Under the pieces are notes generated by a model, which was not told the origin of the DNA, searched no databases, and saw nothing but the letters and a program-made list of their open reading frames with translations. Of a DNA stretch of 64,000 bases, positions 1 through 9,889 are shown piece by piece. The translations under genes and the position numbers were made by a program. This DNA is from Anthoceros angustus (Eukaryota; Plantae; Anthocerotophyta). The number at the start of each line of letters is the position of its first letter. The stretch's first letter is position 1. The stretch lies in the NCBI GenBank assembly GCA_010909165.1, contig MU008152.1:572689-636688 (forward strand). Reading direction: 5' to 3'.

Positions 1-1178
1 GGAGCTGGATACGTAGGTTGAGGACGAGACCCCGGACTTCGCCTGCTTGCCAGGGGCCTGATATCCTCAAGCCCGGGGTCTGTGGACTGTGGCAGGGCCA
101 AGCAAGCGGATTCCTGGCCACAGGAAACATCCAACTGCATTTCTTCATTCAAGTCCAGCTGTGGACGCGATCCAACCGGGCCCGGCTCCAAATCCTGATC
201 AGCCTGTGAATTCTCGCCAGGGCCACTTCCCTGCGCCATGCCGTCTGTACTCACCTGCGTAAGCATCCGGTTAGGCTTTGGCCACTTTGCGAGGACATTG
301 CTATAGAGCCTATTCATCCTCTCTTGGATGTGGCTCAGTCCCATGTACATCTGGGAGTAAGATCCAGACCCGGGCTCGTCCGCGCGCGCTTCCTCCTGGC
401 CCGCACAGACAAGCATGCCCTGATGCCGGCTCTCATGCTCCACCTCCATCGCGCGATTCTCCTCAAAAGTCGCCTCCCGCGCCACATCGGGAGCATTACG
501 GGCGACCTCTCCTTCCCCTGGCCTGGGAGCAGAGGCAGAAGCAGCTGTCCTCACAGAGTAGACATGTCTCCTCCTCTGGGCCAATCTGCCTATGAACTGG
601 GCCTCGAAGGCGAAGCTTGCCCAGTCCACTTGGAAACCTCTGCGCGTGGCGATGGCGCCTTTGGCAAAGGTGAGGCTCGCCTGGCTCCAATTCACTCCTC
701 TGTGAGGATATACCTTGTGTGTCAGGGTTTTCAGAAATGGGACCTCTATTGTGCGAGCCCATGTGAGGTGGATGGGACCCTTGCCCACCCAGTCGAACTC
801 GTCCGCCAAGTCCTGGTGGCTAACAATTCCATCCCTGCCATGGAGGTTTCTTGGATCAAGGCCCTGGTCGCTGAGGCCCATGCTGCAGAAGTGGGCCCTT
901 TCGAGCACAGGACCCCTCCTCCTGGCGTCACCTCCAGCCACCGCCATCTCCATCTCCATCGCCATCGCCTGCTGCTGCTCTTGCTGCTGCTGCTGCTGCT
1001 GCTGCATTGCTCGCGCCATGCCACGCCCGGCCCCGCTCAGGTCAGGTCTTCCAACCCCAAGCCGCCTGCGTTCAGTTGGCGCCAATAGGGAAGGGAGGGG
1101 GCAGGTTGGACAACTGAAGTTCACTATCCCCGCCCAGTTCTGAGTTAACAGCCTCCAGACGTACAGAAACCCTGGCAT
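1..1178 (-). CDS. Partial ORF (>=392 codons, runs off the left edge); poly-Q protein with a TE-accessory-like VDWA segment
   Basis: Manual translation from ATG at 1178 is stop-free to position 3: ...MARAMQQQQQQQQEQQQAMAMEMEM...VPFLKTLTHKVYPHRGVNWSQASLTFAKGAIATRRGFQVDWASFAFEAQ... It is absent from the ORF track because no stop falls in the window. A possible splice acceptor (TTTCTAG) lies at ~1194. Confidence 0.55.
   Translation of the reverse strand, partial: MPGFLYVWRLLTQNWAGIVNFSCPTCPLPSLLAPTERRRLGVGRPDLSGAGRGMARAMQQQQQQQQEQQQAMAMEMEMAVAGGDARRRGPVLERAHFCSMGLSDQGLDPRNLHGRDGIVSHQDLADEFDWVGKGPIHLTWARTIEVPFLKTLTHKVYPHRGVNWSQASLTFAKGAIATRRGFQVDWASFAFEAQFIGRLAQRRRHVYSVRTAASASAPRPGEGEVARNAPDVAREATFEENRAMEVEHESRHQGMLVCAGQEEARADEPGSGSYSQMYMGLSHIQERMNRLYSNVLAKWPKPNRMLTQVSTDGMAQGSGPGENSQADQDLEPGPVGSRPQLDLNEEMQLDVSCGQESACLALPQSTDPGLEDIRPLASRRSPGSRPQPTYPA
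969..1005. repeat. (CTG/CAG)n microsatellite, read as poly-Q on the minus strand
   Basis: ctgctgctgctcttgctgctgctgctgctgctgctgc. Confidence 0.9.
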
Positions 1179-2651
1179 TGTCCTTTGCGGAACCTAGAAA
1201 CGGGATTCGAACACTTGACCTCGTTTCCATGAGAAGCTGGCTTTACTAACCGATTACCCCGCTCACAACGCATTATCCTCTCATTAATTCACGCGTGTCC
1301 AGCGAGTTCACGAGTCGTAAACACGCTGAACCGTTTCGCCAGAAGGAAGCGGCTCGAGCTTGACAGGGGTAGTTCTGCAGCATCGGCAGGCCCGGCAAAT
1401 GATGCAGAACAGCGCAATTACACACACCACCGAGACCACGCGAACGGGAACAACCACCAGGAAGAGCTTGGCAGCCTCCAGACCGTCACGGGCCCCGCAC
1501 CCCGGGTACCGCACGCATCCTTCTTTAGATACGCAACATACTTCACTTTCGGACCCCGCCAGAGTGCAGTTTGCAGCGTGATGCAGCTGCTGCTACAGGC
1601 CGTTCGAGGAGGCGGAGGTGACATGGCTGGAAACGTGTCCCTTTTTTCAAGCGGGGCCTTGTCCTCCTTCCTCCCCGACGAATCCATCTCCTCCACCCTG
1701 CCTCTGCATCCGCCTGCTCCTCCACCTCCCGTCCCCGTTCCCGTTCCCTTTCCGCAGGAGCAGATGCAACAGGAATCTCAAGTGGTAGCCCACAGATGTT
1801 AAATTCGAGAATCTGTTCATCTCTTTCTTGACCCTCAGCAGCAGCACCTCGTCCATCTCCGCCGCCAGGCCCAGCTGCTCCGACGCTATCTCCAACTCCA
1901 GCCCCATGGCAATCATTCCCATCTTCACATCCTCTCCTCCGTAGCCAAATCTTTTCTCCCAGTTACCACGTAAAAACAGATCTCTCCTCCAGGCTTTCCC
2001 TTCCCGATCCTTTCGCTTGAAGTTCACAGTTCACAGCCGGGCAACGTGCTCCAAGACGTATTCTTTATTTCACGCTCAAATAAATCAAATATCCACAGTA
2101 AATTCACTAGATCCACAATTATTTATATTTTCACACATTAGATTCTCTGCTCACCCCGACGGTGCAATAATCGTATCCGTGCAGAACCAAGCCTAGCTAC
2201 GAAAATTTAGGAGGTCCCATCTCTAGGGTCTCCGCGGACTGGGTCCCCCTTTTCAGAAGGTGAGGATGTCGGCTTCGGCGTATAGCCAAGCTTGGACCTG
2301 TTTTGCTATACCAGGTAGGTTACTTAGTTTGGTTATTAGAGTTTTGGGATTTCTAGATCAAAAGGTCAAGCCATGAGGTAAGATCTTTTCTTGTGGCGAT
2401 CATCGTAGCATCACTTAATCATTTATAAATTTTATTAGAATGAGTTATGGGTATGAGAAATATCTAGTATAAATAATAAGAAAATAGGAATAATATATTT
2501 TACGGATAATTTTGAGATTCTTGTTTCATCCTCTTTTTTATAGAGATGTGATGCTTGTTTCATCCTCTTCATCATCCATGTCATTAATTATTTTTGTTGG
2601 CGATGTAAATTAGTTTAGGATCAATTAGCTTGCATTGCTTGCAGAAGCATG

Positions 2652-2845
2652 TTCTAACTCTCTCAATTGGTGTTTGTATTGTAATGCAGACGACTTGCAT
2701 TGCCAGCAAGTGAATCTTGGTGTTTGTATTCTAACTCTCTCAATTGGTGTTTGTATTGTAATGCAGACGACTTGCATTGCCAGCAAGTGAATCTTGGTGT
2801 TTGTATTGTAATGCAGACGACTTGCATTGCTAGCAAGTGAATCCT
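2652..2845. repeat. Irregular tandem repeat, ~50-bp unit x3
   Basis: ggtgtttgtattgtaatgcagacgacttgcattgccagcaagtgaatc occurs three times, with an interleaved ttctaactctctcaatt duplication. Confidence 0.9.
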
Positions 2846-3035
2846 ATTTTGAATTTCAATGGACTACATACTTATCCAGAATTAAATTATATTTAGAATA
2901 AGCTATATGTATATATATCCTAAAGTTTTAAGCTTGTAAGAACTCTGAAATTGTATTGTCATAATTGAGTGTATCATCATTGTCATCATTAACTAAGTAG
3001 TCTTCCGCGTAATAACTTGTACGAAGAGTCTAAGC

Positions 3036-3265
3036 TTAAGGATGCCCAACTATGTGACGACGCAAATAGTCAAACAATTAATTAAGGGTGCCCAACCATG
3101 TGACGACACAAATAGTCAAACAATTAATTAAGGGTGCCCAACTATGTGACGACGCAAATAGTCAAACAATTAATTAAGGATGCCCAACTATGTGACGACA
3201 CAAATAGTCAAACAATTAATTAAGGGTGCCCAACTATGTGACGACACAAATAGTCAAACAATTAA
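3036..3265. repeat. 46-bp tandem repeat x5
   Basis: Unit ttaagg(a/g)tgcccaactatgtgacgac(g/a)caaatagtcaaacaattaa, five near-identical copies. Confidence 0.95.
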
Positions 3266-3453
3266 GTGTTAGTGGTCTCAACCTCCCCAAGTTGAGTCTA
3301 GCATGCCCTCAATGATAACTCCCCAAGTGGAGTCTAGCATGCCCTAAGGCAAGGACAACATCATTTATGTACATGATATATATCCCCAAAATGTAATAGT
3401 GGAAGTAGAGATACTTAAGTCGCATAAATAAGTCTTCAATTGAATATGTCGCA

Positions 3454-4255
3454 CCATAGCCGCATAGCACTCATGACACTTCGAAGCTCCTGTATTACAG
3501 CAACCATCACATGCTCTGGACTCAATCAAAGACTTTGTATAATAGCTGAAACATAGACTAAGTATTGCAAACACGATCCTAAGCCAAATTGCAAAATCAA
3601 CTTAGCCTTGCATTTAGACAAGCCCGTCGACGCCCCACCCCGGAGCTTACACGAGAAAAGGACCTCGGGATCCGTATGGCTGCCCTTACGAACAAATATC
3701 AGCAATCCACCTTCCTCCGTGGATTGCCTTCCTCTTTATGCTGCCTACGCGCTTAGCGCCGCTTCTTTTCTTAATTCTGGCTTCGGATCTCGGGATGCAC
3801 GAGTCCTGAGGGCCGTAATCCCGCCAGATACGACTTGACCCTTACCACTCATACACCATTCATACATCTCATGTCCATGTGACCACACCATCACCATGCA
3901 CATGGGCATGCTCACATACTTGCATACATATCCTTCACACACTAGCACCATGCACATGGGCATGCTCACATACTTGCATACATATCCTTCACACACTAGC
4001 ACCATGCACATGGGCATGCTCACATACTTGCATACATGCCCTTCACACACATCTGACAACGTAGATACGCCTCACACATCACAATATCTTGTATGTCATG
4101 ACAGCTATCGTGCCATAGCCACATAGCGCTCATGACACTTCGAAGCTCCTATCCTACAGCACCCATCACATGCCTTGGACTCAATCAAAGACTTTGTATA
4201 ATAGCTAAAACCCAAACTAAGTATTGCAAACACGATCCTGAGCCGAAATTGCAAA
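3454..4255. repeat. ~143-bp direct duplication (3454-3595 and 4113-4255)
   Basis: Both read ccatagcc.catagc.ctcatgacacttcgaagctcct...aagtattgcaaacacgatcct.agcc.aaattgcaaa. Confidence 0.9.
3892..4050. repeat. 54-bp tandem repeat x3
   Basis: Unit caccatgcacatgggcatgctcacatacttgcatacatatccttcacacactag; it explains the 18-aa periodic ORFs here. Confidence 0.95.
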
Positions 4256-4399
4256 TGGCCCCCCTGCCAAAGTTGTGGTAACCACCATCTTCGGCTAGGT
4301 TGGAGCAGCACTTTGGACACTCAAATCTCATAAAACCTTTGATAAAATCGCCTGAACATGCTGTCTCGAAGTTGGGGCTAATAAGGTTTCTCATACTCT

Positions 4400-5441
4400 G
4401 TTTTTCCTGTGGCTAAGAGAGCCGCCACTCGCCTTTCTTCGGGATCAAAGTACTCATCTACTTGTGCCTTTCCCAATCGTTACCTCTCCCTGGCCCGATG
4501 TCGAGCCATCAGTTCCTCTTCCTCATCACCGTGAAGTTCGGTTTTGACCCTGGGAAGCTGGGGTCCATTCAACCCATCCACATAGTATTGCTTCTCAATA
4601 CATTGAGCACCCAAGAAGTCTTCCACATTATCATTGAGTAAGTACTAGCACTCTGACGTTGGCTCATTCCACTCCAGAATTCCTGTACACAAACAAGCAA
4701 ACAACCTGTAGAAAGCTCTGGGATAGCCGATGGCAAATCGTCCACCTTTCTTCCAATGTAAGTGAGTAAGCTAAACCTTCAAACTTTGCAAATCCGCAGG
4801 TTCTCTTGCTGCTTGTAAGATAAAAAGCCTTCCTTGGGCCACTCATCAAAAACCTGATGCATGAAGAGATGGTGTTCCAGCTTGCGAAATGCTCCTTCGC
4901 AATAATTGGTCCACATAAAAGTTTGCCTGCTCATACCTCTGCCTGCAACCTCAAAAAGATCTCGATGGTCGTATGGAAAGTTTTCGATGTTCCAAGTCTC
5001 ATGGTGGGACTCCACATATAGCAAAAAGGCTTGCAGTTCCAGGAATGTCTCTGGACGTTCTGGTTTTCCAGGCTGATACTATCGAACCAGAGGAGTATGC
5101 CATTTATCCTCCCATGGCCGCTCAAGAAATTGCGGCACACTATGGTGCATCCTGCAAAAACATGTTTTACACGTGTGATCTGCCTCTAAATCCGTTGTCA
5201 ACAAGCTGCTTCTCTGAACACAAAATACCCCACACACACCTATCGCTGATCACTCTCACTTTGCAACCATCTACCAAAACAACTAAGTCAACATTTTCCC
5301 CCGTTCACACCATCATCACCCTTTTGGTTGTCCTACTGACGTTTTTCCAAAGCTGTAACATAGGCTGATCAGTCCCTATTAATGAGCAAGCGAAAACAAC
5401 GACTTCACCGTGTTTGATACTCCCTCAAACTGTCTTCACTA
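4400..5441 (-). pseudogene. Degenerate MULE-like transposase, 3' part (5' part at 31343-31560)
   Basis: YVESHHETWNIENF...FMWTNYCEGAFRKLEHHLF resembles the MULE TNNxxE motif. Upstream KHGEVVVFACSLI and VISDRCVW resemble the GxPVAF and CxWH regions. There are many in-frame stops; motif recognition is by eye only. Confidence 0.4.
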
Positions 5442-6150
5442 GTCATTGTGGTAGGTTTGCCTCGGTCACCCGGAGCTCGCCTCGGTGGCCACACTTATCC
5501 CACGGTCGTTGAATACGTAGGTTCGATCCCAAGAGATTTGGTTCGGATTGTTTGCGAGTCGTTCCTCTCACTCTCTCACTCTCGTCATTCTGCCCCGGTC
5601 TACTTGTCCTCAGTGTGGGCAACAAAGCGGTGTTATGCGTTTGGGTTATCGGCCGGCGCGCCTCCACGCCTTCCGTGATTCCCTCCACCTCAACACTCTC
5701 CTCCGCCAACTACAACGATCAATTCACTCTACAACGACACACCCATAGCCAACCTCTTCACCATTCTCAAAAGAAACATAGCTCACAGACCACACATACG
5801 GACTCACTTCATTCGATCCCAAATCTAACTCTACCATAGCGTTCGCGGTTGCGCGCCTCCCTTGCGGCTGGCACAGGGGTGGACTAGCTGGGTATTTCTC
5901 TCGGGCCGATTGTCAGGTACGAACACCGACGCGAGCGTAGTCGGCCGATCACCTGCGAGGCCACCCAAAACACAAAGCACATCCAACAACAATCTTTCAC
6001 GAGAGGAGGAGCTGCGTTGAGCGAACCCACCGCGAGGGCCTCCGGCCGAACCCACCTTCGCCTTCTCGTCGCTTGGCGGTCAGCTGCACACACACACAAA
6101 GGGATGCGCCGGAGGCGAAGAATGCATGACAAAGCAAGGTCCGTGTTTAT

Positions 6151-9100
6151 TCATTCTTCCACCCTCCCTTTTATAGGTGGGGAGTCGGTAGCCACTCGTG
6201 CTAGTTTAATGCTAGGCGACTTGCCAAGTCCAACAATAGGACTCTTTGCCACAGTTCGTCCTCTCGGCTCGATCCGGCTCACCTTGACGAATATCCTGTC
6301 ATCTATCACCGCCACTCTTAAATACTCACACTTCCCAAGGTGTGCACCACTTGGGACAAAACGTCCTCTTGAAAAGGTCCCACCGACATCCCACGTCACG
6401 CTTTTGTTCGCCTCAGCCTTCAATGTCTTCCCTTCGATGGGTCGCTTAGCCTTGCCCACCTCCGAGTCTTCTCGGGACTATGCACAGTAGCCTCACGTGC
6501 CATCTGGTAGGTCTTCCCTTTGTGGTAGGAGGTTCCATTCCTCCTACTCGTTCATCCTCGATGGGTTCCTCCCCACTGCTCGCCTTCTCGTCTTCTTGGT
6601 AGGCGGTTCGTCTCCTACCTCTTTGGATCTTGCTATGGGGTACCTTCCCTCACTGGTTTCAGACCGGAGGTACCCTTCCTTCCGGGGTCACCTCCTCCTC
6701 TTCAACAGTTCCTACCTGAGTAGGAACTTTGGTAGGTACCATCCTACCATCAGTCTCTTCCTCCCCGCTTGATAGCTCCACCGTCTCGGGAGGTTCTACT
6801 GGCGTCGCCGTAGGTGCTTCTTGACTCGCTCGCTCGGCTATGTCCAGCCCAGCCTGGCTTTCCTTGTACCAACTCAAAGTTTGACCTCCGTGCCATTCCA
6901 CTTGGCGTCGAGCGGTGAGGTGCATTTCTTCGTCTTCCTCCATGGCGTTCCTCAATCGCTTCGGAGGTTGTTGTAGTAGGTCGCCACCCTACCACTCTCC
7001 TTCTTTGTCGTCCATGATGCGGACCCTTAGTGGGATGGCCTTTTCGTCCCACCGATTTGTCACTCCTACCAATGCGGCCTCTTTCTCCACTACCGCTCTC
7101 CAACTCCGGGCAAGCCTCCCAATCTCCTTATCTTTCTCCATGGCTTCCATCGCCATGCGTTTCACTATGCGTGATCGCTCTCTTTGCTCCCTCGAATGAC
7201 CAAGACCCTCCAAAGATCGTTGGGCCATCAAAACCTCCTTCCGTTCCTTGCCTCCGTTTCATAGGCGTGGGTAAGGTCGTCGGCCTTCTTCGTTCTTTGC
7301 TCCAAAAGTTCTCTCGTGTCTGAAGCTCCTCTTTGTGACCCTTAGTCACATTGTCCCATCCTTGTCGTTCCTTCACCAAGGTATTTTCCCTTGTAATGCT
7401 CCTTCCGTTGCTCCATGGCAACTAACTTCTTCGTAGGAGGTCCTTCTCGTCTTCAAGGTCCCACCGTAGGTCCTCCTCTTGGCTGATTTTGCCTCCTCCT
7501 TGCTGCGTTCGATGTGTCCTACCCTTGCTAGGGTAGCTTCCAACTTCTTCTCGCCTCCTTCTGGCCCAACTCCTCGCCCTCTTGGCTGATTTTGCCTCTG
7601 TCCTAAGACACGGTCAATCATTTCCCACATTCACCAACTTGGTGGTCATCTGTCGCTCTTTGGCGGATCTAGCACGGAGTGTTGCTTCTCGGAGGTGGTT
7701 TTGAGCTCCTCTCAATTTCTTCTCGGCATCCTCCGGCTCCTTTCGTAGGTCTCGAGTTCAACGAACTTGGTCACCTCCGACACGGTCCACTAGGGCGTCC
7801 ATAGATCCTGCGCCCACTTCCTTCGCCTCCTCCTTTGGTCGTAGGAACATGCTCATAACCTCCTCCTCCTCCTCCTGGTGCGTAGGTCACCAACGCTCCT
7901 CGGCGTTCTTCTCGTCACTGCCTCAAGTCTTGTTACTACTTCTTGGTGAGGTAAAGCTCCTACCGTAGGTCCTCCGTCCTCCACAGGTCCCTCTGGTAGG
8001 GGTTCACTCCTACCCGGTGTTGTCGGCCTTCCAATCCTCAACCCTCGGTAGGTGGTCTCGTATCCTTTCCTCCTTCCTCCGTAGGAGGTGCTTCTATGGC
8101 CTTCTTCCCTTTCTCTTGTTGGGTTCCCGATCCACGAGGCCTCATGTTGGTTCGGGCGTGGCGGTCTCTTGCCCGGGGCCTCTGTCCTGTCTCTTCATCC
8201 TCCGGGGCCGATGGCTCTCCTTCCGCTACCCTCACGAGTAGCTTCTATCTTGGCTTCTTCCAGCTCGTCAGCTGTAAGAACCTCCTCCCTCTGATATAGG
8301 TGTACGAGGAAGGTAGAGACAAAGCGATTCTTGCTCCTCCATCACCAAATGGTTTGATGAACCTTTGTTCATCTGAATGGTGGCCCAATCCACCAACTTC
8401 CCCGAGACATCTCATACATCATCATTAAATGGGAATTTCCAGTCGTCTTCCTCGCCCGCATTGGTCAGCCATATCTTGGCGAATAAATTCCACTTCCGCT
8501 CCTTGAACAAAGAGATCCTCCAGCCATTGCCTTGCGACCATACTTCCTCCTTTGGTCGTAGGAACATGCTCATAACCTCCTCGGGATCGATTCTTGGAGG
8601 CCCAGGCTGGAATGATCCCTCCCTTGTGGGCTTCCGGTATCAAATCGTATCCACAATGCCGTACCTTCCACATCCCGGGATGACTTGATTGTCGCATCCT
8701 CGGGCGGCCGTCGCCTTGGTCACTCTCATTCGTCGCGCACACTCGAACCAAGGCGGGGCTCGCAAAGTGCCACCGGTACCAAGTACAGCCATTCCATCTT
8801 CATCTCGGGCGTGGCTCGAGCGCCTCAAATCTCGAGGTGAAATTTGGGCGGCCTACACTCGAACTCGAATTGGGTGTTTCTTACCTTTTCCCTTGTGGGC
8901 GGTGTGGCGGCGGAGGTTTCCTCCCGTGGGAGTACCCCGTTCCCGTCCTCACTATCTTTACCATCCGCAGGGGAGCACACACAAGGATAGCAAAATTGGA
9001 GAGATTGGAGTAATCTATCGGGCTAAGAGAGTGGAGAGCAAAGAGGTGGTGGTTTGGGTGAGAGGCAGCAAGGGGAGCTTCCGCGCTCCTCGGCGCCTCA

Positions 9101-9542
9101 ACGCAACCACTAAGAGGTGGCCTTGGCCCCTTCAATCTCCCCTCCAGAACTTCTCCACCTTGCTCGCCTTTTGGCATATATAGCCATGGCCTCTCCTTCC
9201 TCGGCGCCTCTACACGCCTCCGCTCGAGCACCTCCACTCGCGCCTTGCGGATCCCCCTCCGAACTCCTTTCCGAATCGCTCATGCCCGCTAGCTCGTGTG
9301 CCTCGCGCTCCTCGGCGCCTTGAGTTCGCTCCTTGACTGCCTTGCGCCTGTCGGCAAGGCCCGCTCACTGCGCCTTCCTTCTTGGCGAATAAATTCCACT
9401 TCCGCTCCTCGGCCGCCCGGCTGCGGTTCGCTGAAGGCGCCCGTTCAAAACCACAGCTAACGAGTTTGCGGTACATACCGTCGCCTTAATGGCGCTCCTC
9501 ACGATGGGCGCCACGTGTCCGGTTCAAAACTCCTGTAGCCAT
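6151..9542 (-). pseudogene. U3-encoded accessory ORF (~1100 codons, frameshifted in this assembly), copy 1
   Basis: Fragments stitched across the three LTRs: MAT.SFEPDT..VRSAIKA..MYRKLVSCGFER...PPRIDPEEVMSMFLRPKEEVWSQGNGWRISLFKERKWNLFAKIWL...VDWATI...KNRFVSTFLVHLYR, then an acidic/Pro-rich linker, a coiled coil (IVKRMAMEAMEKDKEIGRL) and ...SPPIKGRVEE*. Confidence 0.7.
6169..6175 (-). promoter_or_regulatory. LTR TATA box (TATAAAA) near the U3/R boundary
   Basis: CCTATAAAAGGGAGG on the minus strand, ~720 bp from the LTR 3' end; conserved in all three LTRs (~16900, ~27655). Confidence 0.7.
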
Positions 9543-9574
9543 TTTCCATCTACAACTTAACTAGCCCTTTTGGC

Positions 9575-9581
9575 ATATATA
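9575..9581 (-). promoter_or_regulatory. Candidate second TATA (TATATAT) just upstream of the U3 ORF start
   Basis: GGCTATATATGCC, 33 nt before ATG 9542; conserved in all three LTRs (~20295, ~31040). Confidence 0.5.
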
Positions 9582-9867
9582 GCCATGCGAACCTAAATAA
9601 TTGAAGGCCAAGGAACTTCTATCCCGAATATTCCTACTCCCCATGGTCCAAGGAACTTTCGGAACCTATCATGCCTATATATGCTTCTATCTACCCATAC
9701 TTTCTACCCGATCGAACCTCCTGACGCCGATTCGATTAAGTCCGAACTCCCTCGGACGTCCTACCATCTTCCTACTGTTTCTATCGACCTACCTACCTAC
9801 ACACGAACCACTATTCATCCTTCGTCGGTCTCTCCCGTCTTGGGTGACCAAAATTCTTCGTTCCACA

Positions 9868-9880
9868 TGCTCCTCTCCCC
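9868..9880 (-). promoter_or_regulatory. Polypurine tract
   Basis: GGGGAGAGGAGCA directly precedes TGTGG of the 3' LTR. Confidence 0.85.
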
Positions 9881-9889
9881 ATTTGTTTG

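Larger units (their letters stand above)
5447..9867 (-). repeat. 3' LTR (4421 bp)
   Basis: Starts TGTGGAA immediately after the PPT on the minus strand and ends ...CCACA at the TSD. Colinear with 16212-21071 and 26973-31337. Confidence 0.92.

Noticed and set aside
324-1088. 254-aa plus-strand ORF with poly-Leu
   Set aside because: It starts at TTG and is best explained as the antisense shadow of the longer minus-strand poly-Q ORF.
1198-1263. tRNA-Met-like sequence on the minus strand (CTCAT, GTTCGAATCCC)
   Set aside because: Acceptor, anticodon and T stems do not pair; at most a degenerate tRNA/SINE relic.
5447-5836. Short (~390 bp) LTR ending at ctctacca
   Set aside because: Homology among the three copies continues for 4.4 kb, and the PPT and TSD match only the long boundaries.
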